This document shows, piece after piece, positions 48,801 to 58,257 of a DNA stretch of 64,000 bases. The notes below the pieces were generated by a model, which saw only the letters and a program-made list of their open reading frames with translations, searched no databases and had not been told where the DNA came from. Within the stretch, counting starts at the first letter, position 1. Every line of letters starts with the position of its first letter. Both the position numbers and the translations under genes were made by a program. The stretch comes from Minisyncoccia bacterium (GTDB lineage Bacteria; Patescibacteriota; Minisyncoccia; Phycocordibacterales; Phycocordibacteraceae), in assembly GCA_038207395.1 (NCBI GenBank), contig JBBQZW010000003.1:115760-179759 (forward strand), in the 5' to 3' direction.

Positions 48801-49084
48801 GAACTGATCTGAAACGTCTTAAGGAAGATCCTATGCCCGGACGAACTATTATTCTTCCGGTGCTAATTATGGAAACGAAGATCCACCTCACCAAAGGCGG
48901 AGACCGTATGGCCTTTGTGACCTTTGAAGATATGGCAGGTTCTATCGAGGGAGTTATTTTCCCAAAACTCTTTAAAGAACATATGGCGCTGATTGTCCCT
49001 GGTACCTGTATTCTCATAAAAGGAAATGTATCGCTCCGAAATGGCGAAGTAACCATCGCTATTGAAAACCTCAAGGCGCTCTGA
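45893..49084 (+). CDS. dnaE: DNA polymerase III alpha subunit
   Basis: HLHTHSHYS PHP domain, RGSAAGS, FERFLNPER, PDIDMDF, KFDFLG, YGFNKAH. Confidence 0.98.
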   Translation: MPGRFIHLHTHSHYSFLQALPKVPALVGAAKDAGMDALALTDTGNLHGAIEFYKTAEKKGIKPIIGVDMYMAPRTRFDKDPVQDAKRSRIVLLAENNQGYKNLLKLVSAGQVEGFFEKPRIDRDILRELKEGIIAILPSFAGDPARLLAAGDRAGASASLAEYQSIFGPDHLYLEISHHPRAEGHEKRMQELKTLSKESGVPLLAQHDVYYLKPEDREATEVMRRIGLGGTGGSEDEDFSFVSEAQMREWFEDVPEAVDASGEIADRCSVTLELGSWNFPKVDTAPGKTHEDMLREDTYTGLVRRNMEETPEVLERIEYELGVINGKGFAPYFLAVSDLLNHAKEAGILATTRGSAAGSLVSYLTGITTVDPIEYKLPFERFLNPERPKAPDIDMDFADNRRDEMIAYAKEKYGANNVAQIGTFGTMMARAAVRDVARALGHSYGTGDRIAKLIPLGAQGFPMTITRALGLEPELKQIYDEDDDIREVIDLAKQIEGCARQTGVHAAGVVISPTPLTDWTPLQVDPKTGKLITQYDMHAVEEAGLLKFDFLGIKNLAIIADAVERVRSTRGVDIDIETIPIDDTKTFEMLARGDTEGTFQLNGSGMTRYLKELKPTTIHDINAMVALYRPGPMETIPTYIERKQNPALVRYLDERMKDYLDASYGLLVYQDDVLLTAITLGGYSWLEADTLRKAMGKKIPAEMEAQKEKLLTGFKEHGKISAAKGDQLWKLIEPFAAYGFNKAHAACYGKVAYQTAYLKANYPVEYMAAVLTADAGDTEAISIFVAESVRLGIPVLPPDVNESGTDFTVVKDGAENAQGTPVDAIRFGLSSIKNFGEGIAHAILDERNAKGPYTSLADFLARVANKSLNRKSLESLIKGGALDRFTEGSRGRGHLITHIETLLAFHRDATAEKPQDSLFGAMVLTPTLTLPPPFGETPAAEKLAWEKELLGIYVSGHPLEAHEAIRAKAGTDLKRLKEDPMPGRTIILPVLIMETKIHLTKGGDRMAFVTFEDMAGSIEGVIFPKLFKEHMALIVPGTCILIKGNVSLRNGEVTIAIENLKAL

Positions 49085-49277
49085 TACAGTAGCGAAAGCA
49101 GAGTTCACCCATTCGCGCCGAAAGCCCGCACGCTTCCTTCGGCGCGAACGCTTCGCAGCAATCTCCTGACCCCCCTCGGTTGGGATTGCTGCGAACAGGT
49201 CCGGGAGTCATCTAATGATGGCTCCCGGATTTTCCTTTATACTCTCTCTTTTCCTTACATATGCTATTCTTTTTGAC

Positions 49278-51053
49278 ATGGCATCGCATATTTCTACCCA
49301 TTCGTGCTCCCTACCCGAAAAGCGTCACACACTGGCTCACCTTTTAGCAGCAGCGGTACTTGAACGGTATCCGCATGCAAAACCAACCATCGGGCCGGCC
49401 GTAGACACTGGCTTTTACTACGACTTCGACTTTACTGGAGCGGAGGGATCAAACGGTACTCCAGGAGAAGCAGATCTCGCCGCACTTGAAGCTTCCATGC
49501 GAGAACTTCTTCCTTCATGGACGCAGATGCACGGAACTGAAGTATCAACAGAAGACGCGCGTGACCGTTTCGCTGGAAATCAGTTCAAGCAGGAATTAAT
49601 CGACGGGATTGTCGAAGCAGGTGAACCTATTACCCTCTACACGGCTGGGAACTTTACCGATCTTTGCCGTGGCGGTCACTGTGAGCATCCTGCGCATGAT
49701 ATTAGTACTGACTCATTCACGCTTGAGCGCATCGCCGGCGCATACTGGCGCGGGGACGAAAAGAACCCTCAACTCACCCGCATCTACGGCTTAGCATTTG
49801 ACACAAAAGATGAGCTTGAGACATACAAGACACAGATTGAAGAAGCAAAGAAACGTGACCATAAAAAGCTTGGTCCAGAACTCGACCTGTTCGTATTCTC
49901 TGACCTCGTTGGTCCGGGTCTCCCCCTCTTCACGCCAAAAGGAACTATGGTGCGAAATCTTCTCGACGAATTTGTTACTGAACTCCGCACAGAACATGGG
50001 TACGAAAAAGTAGAGATCCCGCATATTACGAAAAAGGATCTATACGAGAAATCTGGGCACTGGGATAAATTTAAAGACGAACTCTTTCGTGTAACGACGC
50101 GCGAAGGTCACGAGTTTGCCATGAAGCCAATGAACTGTCCTCATCACACGCAGATTTATGCGCGTAAGCAGTGGAGCTACCGCGAACTTCCTCAGCGATA
50201 CTCAAACACTACAGCCTGCTACCGTGATGAACAGTCCGGTGAACTTTCAGGTCTTTCCCGTACGCGTGCTTTTTCACAAGATGACGCACACGTCTTCTGT
50301 CGCATGGATCAGGTAAAGGATGAGGCACTAAAGGTATGGGATATCATTCACACCTTCTATCCAACGTTCGGTTTCGAACTCAAAGTTCGTCTTTCCACGC
50401 ACGATCCAAAGAATATGGACGCGTATCTTGGTTCTATTGAGACCTGGGAAAAGGCAGTCGGAATGCTTAAGGAAATTGTAGACGATAAAGGTGTAGAAGT
50501 AATTGACGGACTTGGAGAAGCAGCCTTCTACGGACCGAAACTCGACTTCATTGCGAATGACTCTATTGGCCGTCAGCTTCAGGTAGCAACCATCCAACTC
50601 GACATGCAGCAGCCGGAGAATTTCGATCTAACCTGCATTAATGAACACGGTGAAAAGGAACGCATCGTAATGATCCATGCTGCAATCATGGGGTCCATCG
50701 AACGATTTATGTCCGTACTGATTGAACACACGGCCGGTAACTTCCCTACCTGGCTCTCTCCTCTTCAAGTGCGCGTGCTTCCGGTTTCAGAGAATAACGC
50801 TGACTATGCAGAAAAGATTCGTACCGAACTCAAGGCAGCAGGTATCCGTGTAGACGTAGAAGGAAATGATTCACTTGGAAAACGCATCCGCGCGGCAAAA
50901 CTTCAAAAACTTCCCTACATCCTTGTTGTTGGTGATGCGGAAATGACTGCAGGTACCGTAACTCCCGAAAGCCGTGACGCAGGAAAACTTGAGCTGATGA
51001 GCGTCGCCGACTTTGCTGCAAAAGTGCAGGAAGAAATTAAGACGCGCGCGTAG
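49278..51053 (+). CDS. thrS: Threonine--tRNA ligase (no TGS domain)
   Basis: RHTLAHLL, DLCRGGH, RDHKKLG, KPMNCPHH, HAAIMGSIERF; start ATG 49278. Confidence 0.97.
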   Translation: MASHISTHSCSLPEKRHTLAHLLAAAVLERYPHAKPTIGPAVDTGFYYDFDFTGAEGSNGTPGEADLAALEASMRELLPSWTQMHGTEVSTEDARDRFAGNQFKQELIDGIVEAGEPITLYTAGNFTDLCRGGHCEHPAHDISTDSFTLERIAGAYWRGDEKNPQLTRIYGLAFDTKDELETYKTQIEEAKKRDHKKLGPELDLFVFSDLVGPGLPLFTPKGTMVRNLLDEFVTELRTEHGYEKVEIPHITKKDLYEKSGHWDKFKDELFRVTTREGHEFAMKPMNCPHHTQIYARKQWSYRELPQRYSNTTACYRDEQSGELSGLSRTRAFSQDDAHVFCRMDQVKDEALKVWDIIHTFYPTFGFELKVRLSTHDPKNMDAYLGSIETWEKAVGMLKEIVDDKGVEVIDGLGEAAFYGPKLDFIANDSIGRQLQVATIQLDMQQPENFDLTCINEHGEKERIVMIHAAIMGSIERFMSVLIEHTAGNFPTWLSPLQVRVLPVSENNADYAEKIRTELKAAGIRVDVEGNDSLGKRIRAAKLQKLPYILVVGDAEMTAGTVTPESRDAGKLELMSVADFAAKVQEEIKTRA

Positions 51054-51129
51054 TCAGCAGACAAAACAAAAAGACCGTTCTTGCAGCGAAAGCACATAGG
51101 CTGCAAGAACGGTCTTTTTGTTTTGTTTT

Positions 51130-53238
51130 TTACCCTTGGGCCACCGCAAGCGCGCGTGTAAGCGCTAGCTTGATACCCGTTACTCCCATTGAGTAACTTC
51201 CGTCAACGGCCGTAGTAAGGCTCGTGACGAGGCGCTCGAGGAATGGTGTTGCACAGTGATCCGTAACACGCTTTATGTCTGCATGAACCGGTGTACCGTC
51301 GATACGAGCCTTGTATGCGTCATCAAGAGCGAGGATGGCGTGTGAGACGAATTCTTCCACGTCGTGTCCTGCCTGGTTGATCTGACGAATGGTGCTAAAG
51401 ACTACGTCACGTTCACCTTCAAGGATAGCTGCAATGAAGCTCGTTACCTCAGGATGTACGGGAGTTGCTTCGGGAGCTGCTGCAGGAACACGTTCAGTTC
51501 GTGATACTGCAGGTGCTTCGTATACAGGAGCCGCATGCTCACGTACCGCTGGTGCTTCAACTGGTGCAGACACAGAAACTGTTTCAGTATGAACAATGGT
51601 CTCAGAATGTGCAGCGTGTACTGGCTCCGTAGAGAACTGCATGCCTGACTCACGGGAGAGCCCTTTAACAATGTCATCGATAGTAAGACTTTCTGACGTT
51701 GCAAACTTTTTAAACCCTTCGCCATTCATCTCAAGACGAGGTGCAGGTGCAGTACGCGGAGTAACGCTTGGCATCACGGCACTCACTGCTGCTGTGTGAA
51801 CTGCCTCATGCACGCTTGGTGCGGGAGTCTCCACAGTGTGAGCAGAATAGCGAGCCACCGGCATCGCGTGAGATGTTCCTGATGCAGGGGCATGCGCTAC
51901 TGATGCGTGACTAAGAGTGTGTGCTGGTTCTGTATTCATGGCTTCATGTACAGTAGCACCGAAGGCAAGAGCACGACGACGCATGAACGGTACGGCTCCG
52001 AAGAGAACAAGATACGCGGCAGCAAGACTCCAGACTACGAGCATTGTCCAGTAGACGGCAGTGCCGACAGGACCAAGATCAAGACCGGTGTACGGAATCT
52101 GAGAGAGATACACACTTCCAAGAGGAGGCGCAATGCGTGTGCTTGAGCTGAAGTAGACAAGAGGGTGACGACCTCCACTGCGTCCACCACCGCCTCCGCC
52201 ACCTCCACCTCCACCTCCACCGCCACCACCTCCTCCACAAGTACCGGTATCGGCACATGTCGTAACGGTAGTTTTAATGGTCACTGAAGCCTGACATGCA
52301 GTATTTGCAGCAGCGCCTGGAACCGTTGCAGTATAGGTAGTATCACCTGTTGGATTAACTACGGCTGTTCCTGTTGCTGTGGTAAATGTACCAACTCCTC
52401 TATCAATCGTGATTGAAGGCGCATTCTGATACTGCCAAGAAAGAGTTACGGTATCACCGGGATTGATTTGGCTTGCACTTGCGGTTAGGAAGATACAGGC
52501 AGGGACCGTTGTAGTGATAATACGTACTGGCGCAGAACAGTTGCTTGAGTTTGCAGCTCCGGTTGCTGTTCCTGTGTAGGTAGTATCGGTCGTTGGACGA
52601 ACAACTACTGAACCTTCCTCTACGGGCGTTACGCTTCCAACCCCCTGATCAATGCTAAAGGTATTTGCGTTAGTAGTGTGCCACGTAAGTGTTACCGCCT
52701 GACCCGGAGTGATATTAGTAGCGCTTGCCGTAAGGTAATCACAGGTAGCCTGCGGAGGAGTCACTGGAGGGGTCGGTGGAACGGGTGGTTCTATCGGAGG
52801 AAGGATAGGCGGAAGTACTGGAGGCACTACGGTAGGTGGAACCACGGTACAGCAGGGAGGAAGGATATCGATTGGTGGTAGTACGGGAGGGATAACGGGC
52901 GGCGTAACCGGAGTTACTGTGCAGCATGGAGGGAGGATATCGATTGGTGGTAGTACTGGTGGAATAACCGGAGGTGCCGGTGTAACGGTACAACAGGGAG
53001 GAAGGATATCGATAGGCGGAAGTACTGGAGGAAGTACTGGCGGAGTGAAAATCGTAGGAAGGGGGATTATCGTACAGCATGGAGGGAGGATATCGATTGC
53101 GTATGCAACATGTGGCTTTACCATGCCTGTTGCGAACGCAAGAACGAGGCCTGTTGCGATAGTTGCAACCACCACAAATATACCGAAAAGAATCGGGTGT
53201 GTGCGGTGATAGCTGAATGTGGTGTTGGTTGTTTCCAT
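51130..53238 (-). CDS. Surface protein: signal/TM, IDILPPCC Pro-Cys repeats, 2 Ig-like domains, poly-Gly, IPYTG motif, TM, long cytoplasmic tail
   Basis: Start METTNTT at 53238; LSQIPYTG followed by TM and MRRR. Confidence 0.8.
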   Translation of the reverse strand: METTNTTFSYHRTHPILFGIFVVVATIATGLVLAFATGMVKPHVAYAIDILPPCCTIIPLPTIFTPPVLPPVLPPIDILPPCCTVTPAPPVIPPVLPPIDILPPCCTVTPVTPPVIPPVLPPIDILPPCCTVVPPTVVPPVLPPILPPIEPPVPPTPPVTPPQATCDYLTASATNITPGQAVTLTWHTTNANTFSIDQGVGSVTPVEEGSVVVRPTTDTTYTGTATGAANSSNCSAPVRIITTTVPACIFLTASASQINPGDTVTLSWQYQNAPSITIDRGVGTFTTATGTAVVNPTGDTTYTATVPGAAANTACQASVTIKTTVTTCADTGTCGGGGGGGGGGGGGGGGGGRSGGRHPLVYFSSSTRIAPPLGSVYLSQIPYTGLDLGPVGTAVYWTMLVVWSLAAAYLVLFGAVPFMRRRALAFGATVHEAMNTEPAHTLSHASVAHAPASGTSHAMPVARYSAHTVETPAPSVHEAVHTAAVSAVMPSVTPRTAPAPRLEMNGEGFKKFATSESLTIDDIVKGLSRESGMQFSTEPVHAAHSETIVHTETVSVSAPVEAPAVREHAAPVYEAPAVSRTERVPAAAPEATPVHPEVTSFIAAILEGERDVVFSTIRQINQAGHDVEEFVSHAILALDDAYKARIDGTPVHADIKRVTDHCATPFLERLVTSLTTAVDGSYSMGVTGIKLALTRALAVAQG
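52745..53097 (-). repeat. Coding tandem repeat, 4 x IDILPPCCT..P..PPV[IL]PP[VI]LPP
   Basis: Protein repeat conserved while synonymous codons diverge. Confidence 0.9.
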
Positions 53239-53362
53239 ACGTTTTTTTTGAATGCGTTGATAATGTGGTAATAAAGGTTTCCATGCTGCTAGGCAGCGTA
53301 CAAAAAAGGGAGTGAGAAGAGGTGTGATGTGCGGAGGACCTTGGTCCTCCGCACATGCATCG

Positions 53363-54352
53363 TTATCGATTCGCGAGCACAACGTCAAGCGGGATAACCG
53401 CTTTACCGTCGATGTAGTCACGACGACGAACGCCGAACGAGTGGTTATCACCGTCGCCATAACAGACGACGACTTCCCCATCCAGAGCTTCTGGCGGCAG
53501 ATAGAGGACATTCGTCCCGTTCACCTTGCCATAAAAGCTGGTGGATACGTTCTGTACCGAAGCGCGGTATCCGAGCAATCCGCTTGCGGCTTGCTCGATA
53601 GCGTCCCAGTTACAGCTGACACGGTAGAGACGTTTCCGCCCCTGCTCGTCAACGACGGTCTTGGTATACGCATTCGGGCACTGCTGTGGCAGATCCCGAT
53701 ACGCTTCCGAGACACCGGCAACTTCCAACTTGATGCAGTTCGGGTTCAAGGCCTTGCGACCAATAAACACGACGCGCGTTGGTACATTGCCGGCGAAGTT
53801 TGGAAACTCCACCCGAACGCAGGGACGAGCAGTCACCACAATCGGAGGAACTTCCACCACGCCAGGATTCGCACAGTTGCTCATCAAGACCAAAACACCG
53901 GTCCGCGAGGCGAAGATAACTTCGCCTCGACGGATCTCGCGTTGAATGCAGTTGAATTTCACTGCAAACGAGCCGCCAGCTACCTGCCAAAGGCAAGCGC
54001 TTTTGTACTCATGATCTCTTTTTGCTGACGTGGCCTTCATGTCATGGGCATAGCTCGGCAGGTCGGCGACAGTCATGAGTCCAGCTTTCGGGTCATCCAT
54101 TTGAAAGGCGACCAAAAATTGGCGTGGTGTGGCTTTGCAGCCAACCATCGCATGACTGCCGTCGGCTTTGATTGCCAGCGAACCTTTGAAGCGAGCTTCA
54201 AGATCGGTAGCGCTTGCAATCGGCGTATCGCAGAACTTGTCCCCGTAGGAACCCACGAATACTGGTTCTGCCGCTTGCGCCTCGCTCGTCCAACCGAAGA
54301 TGGACAGCACGAGGGCGCAGGCGACGAGAATCCGTTGAAACGGATGCAACAT
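53363..54352 (-). CDS. Secreted Cys-rich hypothetical protein
   Basis: SD GGGAG, signal peptide ending AQA-AEP, about 10 Cys in the mature part. Confidence 0.7.
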   Translation of the reverse strand: MLHPFQRILVACALVLSIFGWTSEAQAAEPVFVGSYGDKFCDTPIASATDLEARFKGSLAIKADGSHAMVGCKATPRQFLVAFQMDDPKAGLMTVADLPSYAHDMKATSAKRDHEYKSACLWQVAGGSFAVKFNCIQREIRRGEVIFASRTGVLVLMSNCANPGVVEVPPIVVTARPCVRVEFPNFAGNVPTRVVFIGRKALNPNCIKLEVAGVSEAYRDLPQQCPNAYTKTVVDEQGRKRLYRVSCNWDAIEQAASGLLGYRASVQNVSTSFYGKVNGTNVLYLPPEALDGEVVVCYGDGDNHSFGVRRRDYIDGKAVIPLDVVLANR

Positions 54353-54470
54353 CTTCTTTACTCCCTATGGGCCGTCCCGGATTGGGACGACGGTTCAAAT
54401 CAAAGATCACTCAATTGCCTTATTGCAACGAGCTATCTACTCCGGACAGACGTCCGAACCAGATAGCTTC

Positions 54471-55136
54471 TTACAATGCCTTCGTTTCGACCAGCGTAGC
54501 GGTGACTACGAAACGGTCAGACTTTGTTCCAAATGAGTCACAGGTAGCGAGCGTGAGCTTGCTTCCAGTAACTGAAAGAGGAATTGCGTCATATGCTGCT
54601 GCGCTTTTCTTCTCAACAGTGTCCACGCGGTACGTAAACACCTGAGTAGAACCGGTGACGGTAATGCGGTCACCTTCCTTAAGCTTCTGAATACCATTGA
54701 ACGCCTTGAACGATGGGTTATTCACTATAGGAAGATAACTTGAGTGACCAAAGATGATTACATTACCTTCTACCCCAAGTTTTGATGAAGTTGGATATCG
54801 AACGGTTCCCGTAAGGAGGGCATGGTCGAGCGCTTCAACATTGGTCGTCTCAGGGTTGCTGATCTTCTGAGAAAGATTGATGGTAGGAATCTCAATCTTT
54901 GTAGGAAGTTCAGGGACTGAACCAGCAGTTACGACAGGCGTAATGATTGGAGCGCTCGTTTCTTCAGCTATGGTCTTAGGCGCATTAGGAAGTACATCAA
55001 GTACTGCAGCAACACTAACGGTAATGAATAGAACGAACACGAAGAGGCCCAGGAAGGCCCATTTCTGGGAATACGCCTGCTTACTTGCAGATACAAGCTT
55101 GGCGGCGGTCTGTACGCTGGTCGAATTCGTGGTCAT
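54471..55136 (-). CDS. Sortase
   Basis: N-terminal TM; IEIPTINL, GNVIIFGHSS (His), LTLATC (Cys), DRFVV (Arg). Confidence 0.9.
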   Translation of the reverse strand: MTTNSTSVQTAAKLVSASKQAYSQKWAFLGLFVFVLFITVSVAAVLDVLPNAPKTIAEETSAPIITPVVTAGSVPELPTKIEIPTINLSQKISNPETTNVEALDHALLTGTVRYPTSSKLGVEGNVIIFGHSSYLPIVNNPSFKAFNGIQKLKEGDRITVTGSTQVFTYRVDTVEKKSAAAYDAIPLSVTGSKLTLATCDSFGTKSDRFVVTATLVETKAL

Positions 55137-55248
55137 ATGTCTTATACATATTTACACTATAAATGGCACTCTGTCAAGTCCAAGCGGTACGGCGCGGCCC
55201 AGGCAGACACTTGACAGTACGATATGAGTATGGTAAACAATATAGTAT

Positions 55249-56004
55249 ATGGAAATAACCACAACAACGATTAACCGGAAATCGGGCCGCCGCGCTGCGG
55301 TAAATGCACTCGCCCTTGTTGGCTTTATTGCACTACTTATTATCGGTGTCGGACTCGCTATATATAGCGCACGCTTTATACCGAACATTGCTTCACGCTT
55401 CGGTGGCGCTGCAGTTTCGCTCTCTTCAATCTTTAATCGCAACGAAACTCCTGCTCTTGAAGTTGTTACCGCAACCACTACCCTTCCTATCGAAGCACCG
55501 GTGACTGTTGCAACAACCACCGCTACAACGACAGCGGTGACTACGACCCCTCCCGTTAAGCGTCCAAATCCCGGACAGAGCACCACAGTAACCTCCGTTG
55601 TATCTACTCCCGTAGCACCCTACGGAAACGCTGATCTTACGGTACTCAGTGCACGAACAGGCTACCTCACCACTCCTGGTAACACTGCCACGTTCGTAGC
55701 CTCAAGTAATGTTCCTTTTGGATCGTCAGGCGCTATCCAGTTCACGGTTACAAATACAGGTACAAACTACACGGGTAGCTGGGCATTCAATGTGGATGTT
55801 CCAACCTCTCCTGCTCAGAACTTCTCATCGGGTAATCAGAGCTCACTCGCTCCTGGCGACAGTATTGATTACGTACTCGGCTTTGATCGTGGAAATGGAG
55901 GAGCGAACCGTCTCATTACGATTACACTAGACCCAAATAACCAGGTTATTGAAAAGAATGAGGGTAACAATGTCGCATCACGCGGTATTGATATCAACAA
56001 CTAG
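55249..56004 (+). CDS. Membrane-anchored CARDB/Ig-domain protein with Thr-rich linker
   Basis: ADLTV, FTVTNTGT, LAPGDS, LDPNNQVIEKNEGNN. Confidence 0.8.
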   Translation: MEITTTTINRKSGRRAAVNALALVGFIALLIIGVGLAIYSARFIPNIASRFGGAAVSLSSIFNRNETPALEVVTATTTLPIEAPVTVATTTATTTAVTTTPPVKRPNPGQSTTVTSVVSTPVAPYGNADLTVLSARTGYLTTPGNTATFVASSNVPFGSSGAIQFTVTNTGTNYTGSWAFNVDVPTSPAQNFSSGNQSSLAPGDSIDYVLGFDRGNGGANRLITITLDPNNQVIEKNEGNNVASRGIDINN

Positions 56005-56069
56005 GAGATACAGCGTATCGTAAAAGTAAAAACCTCCTGATTACAATCAGGAGGTTTTTACTTTTACTA

Positions 56070-58151
56070 CTATACGTCGAGCGTTGCGAGTTTCGCGTTT
56101 GACTGGATGAATGACTTGCGGCTTGCCACATCCGTACCCATAAGAATATCAAAGATGCGGTCCGCATCCGCTCCGTCTTCGACGGTAACGCGCTTAAGAA
56201 GGCGACGCTTGGGATCCATCGTAGTTTCCCATAGTTCCTCAGGGTTCATCTCACCAAGACCTTTGTATCGCTGAATTGAAACCTTGCCCACTTTCTTTGC
56301 ACTCGTCTCTGCTTCCTCTACCCCCTCTTCGACTTCTCCTTCGGACTCTTCTCCCTCCCCTTCAATCTCAGATTCTACTTCTTCTCCACCGATAATCTGG
56401 AACTTCTCTTCGTCAGAGTAAGCGTACGAAATTTTCTTTCCCTGCTTGATCTTATAGAGCGGTGGCTGTGCCATGTACACGAAACCACCATCGATGATCG
56501 GACGGAAGTGACGATACAGAAGCGTTAGAAGAAGCGTACGAATATGAGCTCCGTCGATGTCGGCGTCGGTGGCAATAATGATCTTGTGGTACCGGAGTTT
56601 TGAAATATCGAAAATGTCTCCAATGGCCGTACCCATAGCAATAACCAAATTCTTCACCTGTTCAGAAGCGAGCATCTTATCAAGACGAGCGCGCTCTACG
56701 TTCAGAATCTTTCCACGAAGCGGAAGAATAGCCTGTGTACGACGGTCACGACCCATCTTTGCGGAGCCTCCTGCGGAATCTCCCTCCACCACAAAGAGTT
56801 CAGACTCTTCAGCGCTCTTTGACTGACAGTCCGCGAGCTTACCCGGAAGCGTCATTCCTTCTAGTGCTCCTTTTCGAAGGACGGAATCTTTCGCCGCCTT
56901 AGCCGCCTTTCGAGCGCGAAGCGCAAGTGACACTTTGTTAATGATGGCCTTAGCGTCATCAGGATTTTCTTCGAGGAAGAAACTAAATGCTTCTCCAAAC
57001 ACGCTTGCTACCGCTCCCTGCGCTTCCACAGAACCGAGCTTTCCTTTTGTTTGTCCTTCAAACTGAATCTCGGGCATCTTTACAGATACCACAGCAGTGA
57101 TTCCCTCGAGCACATCTTCCCCAGTGAAGTTCTCGTCAGCTTCTTTGATAAGCTTCGCGGAGCGCGCGTAGGTGTTAATAGTTCGAGTGAGTGCGGTCTT
57201 AAAACCAGTGACATGCGTTCCTTGCTCGGGGTTGTAAATATTATTCGCAAAGGCCATGAGACGCGGACTAATATCATCGATGTACTGAAGCGATACTTCT
57301 ACCGCAACATCATCTTTCTCCTGATCAATATAGAAAATATTCTTATGAATAGGTGTCTGGTGCTGGTTATAGAATGCAACGAGTGAGCGAAGACCTCCTT
57401 CAAAGTAGAACGTCATTGACGGGACTTCCAGACTAAGTTCGCGCACATACGCAACCTCTTCAGATTCAACTTTCTCAAGATCACGTGCGTCCACTACGCT
57501 GATTCGTGTTCCCTTTACCAAATATGCTTGCTGGCGAACATGGCCGACGATTTTGTCCCAGTTCCAGTTAATACCGTCTTTGAAAATTGATACGTCTGGC
57601 TTAAAGAAGACGATCGTACCGTTATGCTTTGTCTTTCCAATCTGCTTCACTTTTGCCTTTGCCTTTCCAATTTCATATTCCTGCATGTGCGTTGCTCCGT
57701 CTTTGTGAACGATAACTTTTGTATGTACAGAAAGCGCATTAACCACTGAAGCTCCCACACCGTGAAGTCCTCCTGAGACTTTGTAACCAGAGTCTTCACC
57801 CCCGAACTTACCACCGGCGTGAAGCGTAGTCATAATCATTTCAAGCGCAGAGACTTTTGTCTTTGGATGAATACCAACAGGGATACCGCGGCCGTTATCT
57901 GCCACGCGCACATACCCATCAGGAAGAAGCGTAATCTCAATGTCGTCAGCGAATCCTCCCATGGCTTCGTCGCGGGAGTTATCAAAGATTTCCCAGATAA
58001 GGTGATGAAGACCATCGGGCCCTGTGGTTCCGATGTACATTCCCGGGCGCTTACGCACTGGATCAAGACCTTCAAGTACGGTAATACTTGAAGCGTCATA
58101 CGCGCTGCCCTTAGGAGCTTTTACGGTCTTTTCCTCGTCTTTCTTCGCCAT
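56070..58151 (-). CDS. gyrB: Type IIA topoisomerase subunit B (DNA gyrase B)
   Basis: VRKRPGMYIG, EIFDNS, DNGRGIP, EGDSAGG, PLRGKILN, DADIDG, YKGLGEM. Confidence 0.95.
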   Translation of the reverse strand: MAKKDEEKTVKAPKGSAYDASSITVLEGLDPVRKRPGMYIGTTGPDGLHHLIWEIFDNSRDEAMGGFADDIEITLLPDGYVRVADNGRGIPVGIHPKTKVSALEMIMTTLHAGGKFGGEDSGYKVSGGLHGVGASVVNALSVHTKVIVHKDGATHMQEYEIGKAKAKVKQIGKTKHNGTIVFFKPDVSIFKDGINWNWDKIVGHVRQQAYLVKGTRISVVDARDLEKVESEEVAYVRELSLEVPSMTFYFEGGLRSLVAFYNQHQTPIHKNIFYIDQEKDDVAVEVSLQYIDDISPRLMAFANNIYNPEQGTHVTGFKTALTRTINTYARSAKLIKEADENFTGEDVLEGITAVVSVKMPEIQFEGQTKGKLGSVEAQGAVASVFGEAFSFFLEENPDDAKAIINKVSLALRARKAAKAAKDSVLRKGALEGMTLPGKLADCQSKSAEESELFVVEGDSAGGSAKMGRDRRTQAILPLRGKILNVERARLDKMLASEQVKNLVIAMGTAIGDIFDISKLRYHKIIIATDADIDGAHIRTLLLTLLYRHFRPIIDGGFVYMAQPPLYKIKQGKKISYAYSDEEKFQIIGGEEVESEIEGEGEESEGEVEEGVEEAETSAKKVGKVSIQRYKGLGEMNPEELWETTMDPKRRLLKRVTVEDGADADRIFDILMGTDVASRKSFIQSNAKLATLDV

Positions 58152-58257
58152 ACTGTTCTCACTAGTATAGCACAGATGAAGCTTCAAATGTCCTGCAAAT
58201 CATTGGTTCTTTAGTGTTTATATAAAAAATCCCCTGCCGTTTGGCAGGGGTGTATGT

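Noticed and set aside
49085-49277. T-box riboswitch for thrS
   Set aside because: No T-box consensus (GGUGGNACCGCG) or specifier stem seen; thrS has a -10 just before its ATG
53239-53511. N-terminal 91-aa extension of the surface protein
   Set aside because: Overlaps the upstream gene and precedes the signal-like segment; ATG 53238 is more plausible
53312-54028. 238-aa plus-strand ORF and the other long antisense ORFs over rpoB/rpoC/nusB/dnaE
   Set aside because: Shadow ORFs opposite better-supported genes, with no recognisable motifs
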